64,000 nucleotides of DNA from the IMG/VR virus record IMGVR_UViG_3300037010_001286, positions 1 to 64,000 of that record. One strand, written 5' to 3'. This document shows positions 18,098 through 28,570 of this stretch, in pieces. How positions within the stretch are numbered: the first letter of the stretch is position 1; each line of letters begins with the position of its first letter. The position numbers and the translations under genes were made by a program. The notes beneath the pieces were generated by a model that was not told the origin of the DNA, ran no database searches, and worked only from the letters and a program-made list of their open reading frames with translations. This DNA comes from a virus.

Positions 18098-19486
18098 ATG
18101 AAACTTATTAAAACTGGTGAATATGTAATAGAAACTTCAAGTGTTAATGCTACTACTTTAAAGGATTTAATGGGAACTTTTAGTTACTATAACCCTAAGA
18201 CTGAGCAAACTAAGTCTAGTATTAAAGTTACTAAAGGTTCTATTTATGTACCTAGAAATATTAATAAGCTTACTAAGATATTTGGTAATAACTTAGAGAT
18301 AATTGATAAAACTTTAGTACCCAGTATATCAGCTCCTTTTAGTCTATCTGATACCTTTGATTTAAAACCTGAACAACATGAAGCAATGATAAGTGTTTTG
18401 TCTAAATTATTAAAAGGTGATAATTCTGCTGTACTAAAAGCACCCCCTGGGTTTGGTAAATCTTATACATTACCTTACGTTGTAAATTCTTTACAAACAA
18501 ATACATTGATTATTGTAGATCGAACAAACCTAGCAGAGCAAATGATGAGTGAATTTTCAGCTAATTGTAAAGACCTATCTATTACTGTACTTGGAGGTAA
18601 AAATAAAGTACCTACAAGTGTAACTATTGTTACCTTTCAGTTCCTTATTAGAAATAAGGATTTTATGAAAACTTATAGAGATTTCTTTGGTTTTATTGTA
18701 GTAGATGAATGTCACGTTATTGGTAGTGATGTTTTTACTACTGTAGTAGGAAAATTTAATGCTAAATATCGTTTGGGTCTTTCCGCTACACCTACACGTT
18801 CAGACTTTATGACAGAACTTCTATTTGATGTAATGGGTACAAGTTTTGTAAGTGGTAAAAGTGCTGATAACTTAAATGTTAATATGGTTATGGTAGATCA
18901 CCCCGCAAAGTTTGCGTATGTATATGGTAACTATCGAAATGAATATGCTAAGTTTTTAATATACAAAGGAATAGCTTTAGATGTTAAAAGTATCTGTAAA
19001 AATTTTAAGACCCTTAATAGATTTGGGTTAATTTATATAACAGAAACTGATGCTCAACTATATTACGCATGGGTATTAAGAAAAGCTGGATTGAGGGTAG
19101 GAGTTATTAATAAAGATACCCCCAAAGAAGATAGACTACTATATATCAAAAAAATGGAAATAGAAGAGCTTGATATAATAATTTCAGGAGCTATTCTACA
19201 AAAAGGAATATCTATTAAAAGACTAGACTATATTATAAACCTATCTAATTTAACTAAGGAGGCACATGAGCAATTGGTAGGAAGATTGCGTAGACATCAT
19301 AAAACAAAAAAAGAACCACTATTTCTTGATTTTTTATTTGGAGGTCATGCCCTATCTAAATCTTGGGATAGGGAGGAGTTAGCACGTAATCTAAAAAGAG
19401 AACATTCTGATAAGTTTACTAAGATAACAATTCAAAAACTTTTAATAGAAATTAAGAAACAATCTGATAAAGTAAAAAAAACATAA
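18098..19486 (+). CDS. SF2 DNA helicase (UvsW/T5 D10-like)
   Basis: APPGFGKS, VVDECH, GLSATP, QLVGRLRR. Confidence 0.92.
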   Translation: MKLIKTGEYVIETSSVNATTLKDLMGTFSYYNPKTEQTKSSIKVTKGSIYVPRNINKLTKIFGNNLEIIDKTLVPSISAPFSLSDTFDLKPEQHEAMISVLSKLLKGDNSAVLKAPPGFGKSYTLPYVVNSLQTNTLIIVDRTNLAEQMMSEFSANCKDLSITVLGGKNKVPTSVTIVTFQFLIRNKDFMKTYRDFFGFIVVDECHVIGSDVFTTVVGKFNAKYRLGLSATPTRSDFMTELLFDVMGTSFVSGKSADNLNVNMVMVDHPAKFAYVYGNYRNEYAKFLIYKGIALDVKSICKNFKTLNRFGLIYITETDAQLYYAWVLRKAGLRVGVINKDTPKEDRLLYIKKMEIEELDIIISGAILQKGISIKRLDYIINLSNLTKEAHEQLVGRLRRHHKTKKEPLFLDFLFGGHALSKSWDREELARNLKREHSDKFTKITIQKLLIEIKKQSDKVKKT

Positions 19487-19496
19487 AAGGATACGC

Positions 19497-20051
19497 ATGG
19501 AACTTGAAATATCTAGCAATAGTAAACCACCTAAAACTGTGTACTATGATGAGAAAAATAAGACTTATAGTATTTATATCTTTGATGATATTGGATACCC
19601 GTTTCAGTATATTAAAGTATTACAAGCATTAGACAAAGCATCAGCTGATAGCACAATTAAAATCTTTATTGGCTCTAACGGAGGTCTATTAGATACTACA
19701 ATTGCTTTAGTAGAACATATAAAAAATTGTAAAGGTACTACAATTGCATACGTAAGTTTTGCAGCCAGTGCTGCTACTATATTAGCTCTTGCTTGTGATA
19801 AAGTTTATCTATATCAGAACTCATACTTTATGTGTCATAACTTCTCAACAAGAGGTTCAGGAAAAGGCGCAGAATTAAAGGCTAGAGCTGCCTTTGATGA
19901 TGCGTGGTCTAAGCTTGTCTTTGCTAGTTTGTACAAAGGATTTATGACTGAAGCTGAGATTGATGAAATGCGTAATGATAAAGACTTTTGGATGCTTCAA
20001 CCTGAAGTGGAAAATAGACTTCGAGCAATTGATAAACTTTTAGAACAATGA
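19497..20051 (+). CDS. ClpP-like serine protease
   Basis: IGSNGG, AASAATIL, FMCHN. Confidence 0.85.
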   Translation: MELEISSNSKPPKTVYYDEKNKTYSIYIFDDIGYPFQYIKVLQALDKASADSTIKIFIGSNGGLLDTTIALVEHIKNCKGTTIAYVSFAASAATILALACDKVYLYQNSYFMCHNFSTRGSGKGAELKARAAFDDAWSKLVFASLYKGFMTEAEIDEMRNDKDFWMLQPEVENRLRAIDKLLEQ

Positions 20052-20782
20052 ATGTAGCTTTAAAGTTCCTTGAATATTTAAATTCAAGGAGTCCTGAAGC
20101 TCCTAGCAAAAGTGTTGAAGAACTCTACAACTTATATAAATATTCTTCTGTGTTTATTCCCCCTAGTAGTATTACTGTAACCGAGGATACTGTAACCCCT
20201 GTTTATCGTTTTAAGGTAGATAAGTTTATAGATCTTGTAAAATATTTAGATACTATTACCATTCAACAGGAAGATATTGATAGAGTAAATGAGTTTCTTA
20301 AATCATGTTCTAAACTAGAAGTCAGGGCTTTTACAAAGATATTGACAACACCTAAAAAGATATTTACTCGTTTCTTGCCACTACCTGAGGTTGACCCAGG
20401 GCAATGTGTTATTCAAGTAGTACCAAAAAATACTACTCGGTTAATTATAAAAGTGTATAAAGGTGATATTAAAGTTTTAAAAGGTAATCCTAGTAAAGAA
20501 CAACTACTATCCTTGCAAACTAACTTTATACATTATACTGGTATTTTATACTTTTTTATTGACGAAGAGTTAATATATTGGTATGATTTTAAGAGTAACT
20601 TGCTTACAACAAAGAGAATGTTATATCTAAGTTCTCAAAGAGAGTCCAAGATTTTAAAAATCTTAACCCCTTATTTCTTTAATAGCTTTGTAGAGGCTTT
20701 GAGGTATTATTATACTTCTGAAATAATATTAAAGCCTCTTAAAGGTACTTTTAAAGACATCTATATTTTTAAAGGAATGTAA
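20048..20782 (+). CDS. Hypothetical protein, possibly degenerate ATP-dependent DNA ligase fold
   Basis: Motif order resembles ligase, no KxDG. Confidence 0.45.
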   Translation: MNVALKFLEYLNSRSPEAPSKSVEELYNLYKYSSVFIPPSSITVTEDTVTPVYRFKVDKFIDLVKYLDTITIQQEDIDRVNEFLKSCSKLEVRAFTKILTTPKKIFTRFLPLPEVDPGQCVIQVVPKNTTRLIIKVYKGDIKVLKGNPSKEQLLSLQTNFIHYTGILYFFIDEELIYWYDFKSNLLTTKRMLYLSSQRESKILKILTPYFFNSFVEALRYYYTSEIILKPLKGTFKDIYIFKGM

Positions 20783-20976
20783 TGAAAGTTTTAATAGAAA
20801 ATATCTCTATAATGGGATTGAGACTTACTCATTTTGCCCAACTTATGCAATACTTAGAGGATAGAGATAGAGAGGGCTGGTACTATGGTAATAGAAAACA
20901 GTTTGAAAAAAGACATGAAGAACTACGTCAATGGCTTACTAATACTATTGTTTTATTAGGTAATAACAATGGATAA
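20782..20976 (+). CDS. Hypothetical protein
   Basis: TAATG coupling; GWYYGN. Confidence 0.65.
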   Translation: MKVLIENISIMGLRLTHFAQLMQYLEDRDREGWYYGNRKQFEKRHEELRQWLTNTIVLLGNNNG

Positions 20977-21141
20977 GTTAGAATATCAAAGGTTAGTTAA
21001 AGAAGTTCCACTGTCCAAAACTTGTTTGGATGTTGTAGTCATCCAGGATAGATATATAAAACATCTTGAGGCTGTTAATGAAAATTATAGTAATACAATA
21101 ATAAAATTACGTACTCAAGTTAAAAAACTAAAGGAAAACAA

Positions 21142-23715
21142 ATGACAATATTTACACTTACACCAAAAGCTGAACCAAAAGCTCTAATTATTCTTCCTGA
21201 GAAAGTTTGTAATATGGGAGCAGCTAATTTCCTCCTTACTAAACTTATTCAACCTTTAGGACTTAGTGTCAATGACTTTGCATTTGCTGGTGCATATGTT
21301 CCTGAAAAAGGTAGATTAAAGAAAGATGACTTTATTTCAGAGTTCAATGAAATTTTAAGTTACTGTGAGGTTCATAATATCAAAGTACTTGGTTGTGGTA
21401 ACTCGGGTTATTATGAGTGGCTTACCGGAGATAAAAAGTTCCAATTAAACATTGGTAGAATTGTTAAAGGTATTAACATTGCAGAAGATTTTTCAGTAGC
21501 ACCTATATTAAATCCAGTTATCCTTAATATGTTTCCTGACCGTGCAAAAGAATTACATAGAGGAATATCAGCTATCAAAAATTTACTTAGTGGTACTTAT
21601 ACTGACCCAGTTGAAACTCTCGACTTAACCTTAAATGCTATATTAAAAGACCCTCAAGATATTTACATTCATCTTAAAGCGTGGATTGATGCCCCTGAAT
21701 TATTTGTGGATATTGAGACAACTGGTCTCGCTTGGTATAATGATAAAATATTGACTATAAGCTTTGGGTTAAATGAAAAAGAGGCATTTTGTGTAGCTGT
21801 ACATGAAAAGTATCATGACACTGAAACTTATATGAAAATAGTCAAGACCCTTAAAGCTTTCTTTACACAGTATAAAGGTAAACTTATTGGTCATAACTGG
21901 ATAGGGTTTGACCAAGCGTTCATTGTACATGAAATTATGAGAGGTTTTGACTTTTCAATTGACCACGCCCCTATTATCAATATGTTTAATTTAGAGGACT
22001 CTATGCTACTCGCTTACGTTGAATATAATTCAACAGAAAGACCTTCTTTAGGTCTAAAAGAACTAGCATTTTCCTTTATGGGTGAATATGACGCTGATAT
22101 AGATCAAAAGAACCTATATAATGCTGACCTATATAAGGTAGCAACTTATAATAACTATGATGTTATTGCAACGTGTCGTATATGGAAACAATTAAAAGCA
22201 GAAGTAGCTGCTGAGAGTTTACCTCTTTATGATGTATATCAAGAGATACGTGATATTGCTCATACACTTCTTAAAGTCAAGATGAATGGATTACGTGTTA
22301 ACAAAGAGGGTGTTAAAGCAGCCATTGCTGAATTAGATGAAATGATTGTAGATAGTACCCTTAAGTTCCGAGACCATCCAGTTGTTCGTACGGCTGAAGA
22401 ACTTCTTAATAAAGCAGCTTTTAAAAAGCATAATAGTACTTTGAAAAATAAAAAGACTTGGGCAGATTATAAAGCAAATTATTATGAGCCTTTTAATCCT
22501 AGTTCCCCAAAGCAAAAGCAATTCCTGTTTTTTGAGGTATTAAATTTGCCTATTGTTAAAGTAAGTAAAACTTCTAAGCTCCCTAGTACAGATGCAGAGT
22601 CTTTTGAAGAATGGATGACTATGGATTTGCCAAAAGATACTCGTGAGGTATTAGAACTTATACAAGATATTCAAACTGCTGAGAAAGTAAATAACACCTA
22701 CCTTCGTGCATTTTATGAGAGTAGTGTAGAAGTAAAACCTGGACACTGGAAAGTATTTACTAACTTTAATAGTACAGGAACAATTAGTGGTCGTTTAAGT
22801 AGTTCAGGGGGACTAAACTTCCAAAACTTACCTTCTAATAGTAAATATGGTAAACTGATTAAAAAGCTTTTAATTTCAGATGATGGGTATATTATTCTTG
22901 CTTCAGACTTTGCTGCTCTTGAAGATAGGTTAATAGCTATTGAGGCTAACGATAAAAATAAGCTACGTGTATTTACTGACGGGATTGACGGTCATAGCCT
23001 TAATGCCTACGCTTACTTTAAAGATAAGCTTGAAGAGAGAGGAATTATTATTGATATTGATAGTGCAAAATCTATTAATAGAATTAAAACTGAAGCTCCT
23101 GATTTAAGACAATTGGGTAAATCAGTAACATTTGGTCTAAACTATGGAAGTAGTCCAAAGAAAATTGCTTCACAGTTAGGTGTTAGTATCCAAGAGGCTG
23201 AGAAAATTTATCAAGGATATTGGGAGTTATATGCCCCTACTAAAGCTTATAATGACTTAGCTATTGAAGAGGCTAGAACAACAGGAGCAGTGGTATCTAC
23301 ATTTTCAGGGCTACGTGTTAAAATGGCTAGTATTAATGCTAGAGATGAGTACCTCAGAAGTAAAGAAGAAAGACGTGCAGCTAATTTTAAAATACAGTCG
23401 GGTAACTTTCTAACCCTTCGAGCATTGCACGGGTTTCAGAAGGCCATTGAAGATGCTGATATGTTGGGTAAAGTGTTTGTAACAAATACTGTACATGATA
23501 GTCTATATTTGCAATCTAAGGCGGATGAGGAGACTATTAAGTGGGTTAATGATACTCTTATAGGTTTGATGTGTAGAGATTATAAAGAAAATCAAGCTAT
23601 TAAGTTAGAGGCAGAACTTGATTTAGGTTTCTCTCAGAAAGATATGATAACTATTAAAAATAACTGCCCTATTAAAGAAATTTCTATAGTTTTAGAAGAA
23701 CTTCAAGGTCACTAA
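21142..23715 (+). CDS. polA: Family A DNA polymerase with 3'-5' exonuclease and N-terminal UDG-like domain
   Basis: DIETTGL, HNWIGFD, YNNYD; TISGRLSS..NFQN, DFAALEDR, RQLGKSVTFGLNYG, VHDS. Confidence 0.95.
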   Translation: MTIFTLTPKAEPKALIILPEKVCNMGAANFLLTKLIQPLGLSVNDFAFAGAYVPEKGRLKKDDFISEFNEILSYCEVHNIKVLGCGNSGYYEWLTGDKKFQLNIGRIVKGINIAEDFSVAPILNPVILNMFPDRAKELHRGISAIKNLLSGTYTDPVETLDLTLNAILKDPQDIYIHLKAWIDAPELFVDIETTGLAWYNDKILTISFGLNEKEAFCVAVHEKYHDTETYMKIVKTLKAFFTQYKGKLIGHNWIGFDQAFIVHEIMRGFDFSIDHAPIINMFNLEDSMLLAYVEYNSTERPSLGLKELAFSFMGEYDADIDQKNLYNADLYKVATYNNYDVIATCRIWKQLKAEVAAESLPLYDVYQEIRDIAHTLLKVKMNGLRVNKEGVKAAIAELDEMIVDSTLKFRDHPVVRTAEELLNKAAFKKHNSTLKNKKTWADYKANYYEPFNPSSPKQKQFLFFEVLNLPIVKVSKTSKLPSTDAESFEEWMTMDLPKDTREVLELIQDIQTAEKVNNTYLRAFYESSVEVKPGHWKVFTNFNSTGTISGRLSSSGGLNFQNLPSNSKYGKLIKKLLISDDGYIILASDFAALEDRLIAIEANDKNKLRVFTDGIDGHSLNAYAYFKDKLEERGIIIDIDSAKSINRIKTEAPDLRQLGKSVTFGLNYGSSPKKIASQLGVSIQEAEKIYQGYWELYAPTKAYNDLAIEEARTTGAVVSTFSGLRVKMASINARDEYLRSKEERRAANFKIQSGNFLTLRALHGFQKAIEDADMLGKVFVTNTVHDSLYLQSKADEETIKWVNDTLIGLMCRDYKENQAIKLEAELDLGFSQKDMITIKNNCPIKEISIVLEELQGH

Positions 23716-23731
23716 AAATAAAGGAAAATAA

Positions 23732-24031
23732 ATGAACGCAGTCTTAGAAGATTTATTAAATAATGGATGTGAGTTAATAGTAACTAAGAGTAATGAGGGA
23801 CAACATGCCTATATATTCAAAGGGTTTTATAAGTATGGAGAAGTTCAACTAACCCCTATTTTAGAGGGAAAATACGAGGGTAAATTATTATGCACCACTA
23901 GATATGGTATTACAAAACATATAAGTTCTTTTGAGGAATTTAAGGAATGGAACATACAAGTATGGGAAATTTATAAAGACAGCTTTAAAGGTTGGTCTGC
24001 AATTGAGTACCCATTTAATATAGGGGCTTGA
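23732..24031 (+). CDS. Hypothetical protein
   Basis: AAGGA RBS. Confidence 0.7.
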   Translation: MNAVLEDLLNNGCELIVTKSNEGQHAYIFKGFYKYGEVQLTPILEGKYEGKLLCTTRYGITKHISSFEEFKEWNIQVWEIYKDSFKGWSAIEYPFNIGA

Positions 24032-24032
24032 G

Positions 24033-24395
24033 ATGAAAGTAGCAGAATGGAAAGCCAAACGAGCAGTATCTAATACAGTAAGTACAGAGTCTTTGAAGGA
24101 AGTTATTAATGATTATGAAAATAAACTCTGTACAATGCACTCACAAATTCTTGTTCTTAACAGTGATAAAGAGAGATTAAAAGAGGAGATTAACAATCTT
24201 AAAAGTGAGATAAATCGTATTCAGGACACTGCTGATAAATATAGTAGGTGGTGGACTCAAGAACAAAATAAGGTTCGTAATGAAGTTAAAAGAACCGAAA
24301 AGTACAAAAGGTATTCTAAAAGAATAATTGAACTTATTAGAGCTAAGTGGTGGGTTCGTGGAAGGATGCTTAAATTTCTTTTGAAAGAATTTTAA
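24033..24395 (+). CDS. Coiled-coil hypothetical protein
   Basis: Heptad pattern. Confidence 0.65.
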   Translation: MKVAEWKAKRAVSNTVSTESLKEVINDYENKLCTMHSQILVLNSDKERLKEEINNLKSEINRIQDTADKYSRWWTQEQNKVRNEVKRTEKYKRYSKRIIELIRAKWWVRGRMLKFLLKEF

Positions 24396-24422
24396 CTAAT
24401 CAATAAGTTTTATTTTTATCCT

Positions 24423-24489
24423 ATAACTACTCATATATGAGTAATTAATCTATAAAAAACCGATTAATCATTCATATATGAGTAGTTAT
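24423..24489. repeat. Nested inverted repeat (cruciform) upstream of DnaB
   Basis: ATAACTACTCATATATGA...TCATATATGAGTAGTTAT, arms themselves palindromic. Confidence 0.85.
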
Positions 24490-24570
24490 TAATAAACATA
24501 CAATAGTATTGATTAAGCTTCGTTTTAGGACTTAAAACATATCATTCTATATATTATCACAGGAGCCTCC

Positions 24571-25794
24571 ATGAACTTTGAAAAGTTATCACTAATAACT
24601 ATATTACAACGAAAAGACCCTACACTACTCCAAACATTAAGTGTACACCACTTTAAAAAACCTGCTCATAAAACGCTTTTTAAAGCACTCATAAGCTATA
24701 ACAAACAATTTAGTAAAATCCCTACTGTTGATATATTATCATCTGCCATACAGACTCAAATGGACGCTGATAAAGCATCTATATACGTTTCTATGCTAGA
24801 GTCGTTCAAAGAATATGATGGAGAACTTCCATCCTCTGAAGAAATTATAAAGAACCTTGATGATGCTTATCTTATTGCTAATGTGGATGCTCATATTGAG
24901 CAATTAGTTGAAGCCGCTAAATCAAAAGATATTGAAACAGTAAAAAGTTTACTCAGTAAATTGGACAATTCCGTATCAACTAGTTCCAAAAAGCCTGAAA
25001 ATATCCTTGATGTAACTTATGAACCCTCTAAAATTCGTACAATAGACTCTTGTATGGAGTCTATGAGAGCGAATAATCTTAAAATGGGAGGATTAGTACT
25101 AATTGGAGGTACTTCGGGAGGCGGAAAAAGTATTTATACCTTGAAACAATTAATGTACTCCTTCTCAGTTGATAGAGTTCCTACTTGTTTATTAAATATG
25201 GAATTAGGACTTGATGAAACTATTGCACGAATGTATTCCCAGGCAACAGGAAAAGATTTTTCTGAGGTATATGGAAATACAAATCCATCAGTTGTAGCTA
25301 GTGTAAACTCTTGGAAACAAAAATACTTCTCAGGTGATATTGAGTTTAGAATTAAATCTATCAGATATTCTATTAGTGAAATTGAACATACTATTAGAAC
25401 TCAAGCAGCTCAAGGCATAGTGCTATTTGGTATTGATTATCTACAAATTGCAGATTTAGATGTATCTACTGAAGAGTGGAAACAATTATCTAAGTTAGTA
25501 AGACTCCTACACCAACTTACTCAAGAATTACAGATAGTAATTATAAGTCCTGTTCAAATTAACTTCAGTGACACAAAAATAAAAGATAATGAGCTTCAAG
25601 TAACTATCCGAGGCTCAAGAGAGTTAGAATTTAGCTCATCCGTTTTCTTATTTATTTATCAAACCCAAGAAGAATATAAAGAGAATGTTTGTAGAATTTT
25701 TACTGTTAAGGCACGTAATGCTAAGAAACAAATTTATCTAACTCAGACCCTTTTCTCACAGATGAATTTTATTGATACAGGGGTAGTATTATAA
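24571..25794 (+). CDS. dnaB: Replicative DNA helicase (DnaB family)
   Basis: GGTSGGGKS, LNMEL, IDYLQI, SPVQIN, RGSRELE, KARN. Confidence 0.92.
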   Translation: MNFEKLSLITILQRKDPTLLQTLSVHHFKKPAHKTLFKALISYNKQFSKIPTVDILSSAIQTQMDADKASIYVSMLESFKEYDGELPSSEEIIKNLDDAYLIANVDAHIEQLVEAAKSKDIETVKSLLSKLDNSVSTSSKKPENILDVTYEPSKIRTIDSCMESMRANNLKMGGLVLIGGTSGGGKSIYTLKQLMYSFSVDRVPTCLLNMELGLDETIARMYSQATGKDFSEVYGNTNPSVVASVNSWKQKYFSGDIEFRIKSIRYSISEIEHTIRTQAAQGIVLFGIDYLQIADLDVSTEEWKQLSKLVRLLHQLTQELQIVIISPVQINFSDTKIKDNELQVTIRGSRELEFSSSVFLFIYQTQEEYKENVCRIFTVKARNAKKQIYLTQTLFSQMNFIDTGVVL

Positions 25795-25848
25795 TAATCT
25801 ACTCCAAAAAGTCTATTATAATAGCTATATTATTTTGTTGGAGAAAAA

Positions 25849-26745
25849 ATGCTACGTGAACTAATATTAAATAAATTAGAAGTAGAGGGACGGAAGTGGA
25901 CTCCTAGCGGTAAAAACTTCATAATCACTCACTGCCTTAACCCTAATCATCATGATAAAAAGCCATCATTTGCCATTAATCTTGAGTCAGGATTTGGTAA
26001 ATGTTTTTCTTGCTCTTTCTCTGTCAATAAGAAATATTGGTTAGATGATATGCAAAATGATGAGGATGTAATTGATGAACTTATGAGAGCTTCATTATAT
26101 AATAAAATAGAGAAGTTATATGATACCAAGGACGTTAAAACTGCTCCAACTCTTTATATGCCCAGTGTTAGCAGACCAGTTGAGCCAGGTTGGAGAGGAC
26201 TTAATAAAGATACAATAGAAAAGTATCAATTATACATTTGTGAGTCAGGACACTTTCAAGATAGAGTTATATTCCCTATGTGGGATTACAAAGGTAACAC
26301 TGTTGCTTTTAATTCAAGAGCACTTAACACTCCTTTAGAAGGTATGCAAAAATATAAATATTCTAAAGGTTTATTTGTAAATGAATTGATATATCCCCCT
26401 ATTGATAAAGGTGTAAATTATGTAGTACTTGTTGAGGGAATTATGGATGCTCTTCTTATGAAGCAAGATGGCATCAATGCAATTTTTAACTTTGGGATAA
26501 ATATGACTTTCGGTAATAAGAAAATCTCCGAGTTACTTAAAAATGGTATTGAAACTATTTATATTGGGTTAGATAATGATACTGCTGGTATTGAAGGAAC
26601 TGTAAAGTACCTTACAAGTAGCCTTTCAGATTATTTTGAAATTAAACACGCTAGAATGTTTAAAGGTCTTGTACCTTACTATATGAGTGGTTGCAAAGAC
26701 TATGGTGAATTTAAAGAAAAGGAACTTAATGACTATAACAAATGA
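25849..26745 (+). CDS. DNA primase (Zn finger plus TOPRIM)
   Basis: CLNPNHHDKKPS...CFSC; VEGIMDAL; LDNDTAG. Confidence 0.92.
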   Translation: MLRELILNKLEVEGRKWTPSGKNFIITHCLNPNHHDKKPSFAINLESGFGKCFSCSFSVNKKYWLDDMQNDEDVIDELMRASLYNKIEKLYDTKDVKTAPTLYMPSVSRPVEPGWRGLNKDTIEKYQLYICESGHFQDRVIFPMWDYKGNTVAFNSRALNTPLEGMQKYKYSKGLFVNELIYPPIDKGVNYVVLVEGIMDALLMKQDGINAIFNFGINMTFGNKKISELLKNGIETIYIGLDNDTAGIEGTVKYLTSSLSDYFEIKHARMFKGLVPYYMSGCKDYGEFKEKELNDYNK

Positions 26746-27106
26746 GTTAGCTGAGGCAGTATTAGATATTAAAGACTATAAGGTATATAGTGTATCTATT
26801 TATAATACAAATATACGAATTGAAAGATTTAGAATAGTCTCCGGAGTTATAGATACCGAAGATTCCTCATATATAGATATTAACCTATATGAATTTATTT
26901 ACTTATGTACAGTATGGGTAGATAAAAAAGGATATGGTATTCTATCCTCAACATGGGAGTGTTTTTTAATTGAGTTTACAAGAGGTTTAGTAGCGGAGTG
27001 GAGACACCAACCATATATGGAAATTCAAGCTGCCCAGTGGGTTTTAGATAATAATAAAAGGAAGAACAATGGGCGTATATTTAGAAACTATGATTCACGA
27101 ATATAA
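26729..27106 (+). CDS. Hypothetical protein
   Basis: ATG after AAGGA. Confidence 0.6.
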   Translation: MTITNELAEAVLDIKDYKVYSVSIYNTNIRIERFRIVSGVIDTEDSSYIDINLYEFIYLCTVWVDKKGYGILSSTWECFLIEFTRGLVAEWRHQPYMEIQAAQWVLDNNKRKNNGRIFRNYDSRI

Positions 27107-27157
27107 TAGCATTATTTTAGATGATACTAAAAAGCTAGTATGTTTTGATTCTAGGGT

Positions 27158-28570
27158 TTAGAATGAGTCCTCGAAAGGTAGACTCATCTGCTCTCCTTTA
27201 ATTAAATCATAATTTAGTTTAAAAGATATTTCCCCATTCCCTGTAATAATTTTATACTTATGTAAAGTTATAGAAAAGTCCTCTTTTACCTCTTTAGTAA
27301 GTATGAAATCAATGTTATAATATTGTGCCTTTGCTCTAAAGTACATGTAACACGAACTACATAACCCCTTCACATTAGTCTTTGTTATAGCACCACAACA
27401 TTTACACATAAATACTCCTGCACCTGATACATCGGATATTCTACTTCTAACTATATTATCTCCTAACTTAATGTCAGTTACAGTTATAAATCGGTTATCT
27501 AAACCTTTATCAATAAAATCTTCATCAATATTACGATAGTATCTTTCTCCTGTACTAAGAACTAAACCAATAGGCATATAATCATCATCTAAAATATAGT
27601 CTGATACCTTTTCGACCCGGTTTTCAACTCTAAAAAGTACCTTTATTAGACCATTTGAGAACACTAATAGGTTATTCTCTAGGATTTTGGGAATTATTTG
27701 ACTAAACTCATTAGCGTTATTTAAAAGGATATTTTGAGTGTGTCTAATCTCGATATAGTTAAATTCACTCTCAGGAAAGTATTTTTTCATACTAAAATCA
27801 AAGTCAGATAAGTTTACATCAACATTCCCTCTATATAAGTTCAAAATACTTTTATAATCTTTTGATAAACAAATAGGAACTAATTGCTTACCGTGTCTAC
27901 GATTAGCTTTCTTACTAAATATAAATATACACCCAAAGTTATTATAGTGAAAGTTATTTATAAAGTAGTCACGTACAAGCTTATTAGATAGATTACTTTT
28001 AATGCTATTACCACGTTTAATGATATAGTATAGCTTAGACTTCTTACGACAACTTTTAGGTATATTTACCAAAACTGCTGGAAATTTAGCATTAGAAAAA
28101 TCGAAAGACCTTGAAATTCCTTCTAAATGTTCTTCCATATACTCATCTAAGTGGGTAGGGAGTTTTATATATGTACTAAATAATGTACTTAATTCATGTA
28201 AATTCTCAAGGGAATTTAATAAAAACTCAACACCAAGTTTTTCCATAATAGACTTATTGAAAATAGAAGCTATAATTTGTTGATGATTTACGGACATTCT
28301 TTTAAGTTCTACCCTAGCAGCTGCTAAGTTATCTTCTTGTAACCAATAATATACTTTTCCTATATTATCTAACAGAGGTAAATTTTCGGTATTCTTATTT
28401 GGAACAATACTTACATTAAATTTTATTGGGGAGTGGATAGTTAAGGAGATGATAACCTCAAGTAACTCTTTATTCTCAGGGGAGGATTTATAAAATTCTA
28501 TGAATTTCTTTGCCCCTAAGTTAGGCAAAGAGTTTTTAATTAATAGAATTAGATTAGCAAGTTCATCCAT
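27158..28570 (-). CDS. Hypothetical protein, degenerate ligase-like body plus C-terminal Zn finger
   Basis: N-terminus like phage ligase DNA-binding domain; no KxDG; CKCC...CSSC. Confidence 0.5.
   Translation of the reverse strand: MDELANLILLIKNSLPNLGAKKFIEFYKSSPENKELLEVIISLTIHSPIKFNVSIVPNKNTENLPLLDNIGKVYYWLQEDNLAAARVELKRMSVNHQQIIASIFNKSIMEKLGVEFLLNSLENLHELSTLFSTYIKLPTHLDEYMEEHLEGISRSFDFSNAKFPAVLVNIPKSCRKKSKLYYIIKRGNSIKSNLSNKLVRDYFINNFHYNNFGCIFIFSKKANRRHGKQLVPICLSKDYKSILNLYRGNVDVNLSDFDFSMKKYFPESEFNYIEIRHTQNILLNNANEFSQIIPKILENNLLVFSNGLIKVLFRVENRVEKVSDYILDDDYMPIGLVLSTGERYYRNIDEDFIDKGLDNRFITVTDIKLGDNIVRSRISDVSGAGVFMCKCCGAITKTNVKGLCSSCYMYFRAKAQYYNIDFILTKEVKEDFSITLHKYKIITGNGEISFKLNYDLIKGEQMSLPFEDSF

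Noticed and set aside
24423-24489. Protelomerase target site
   Set aside because: Has an 11-nt non-palindromic centre, and no protelomerase is in the window
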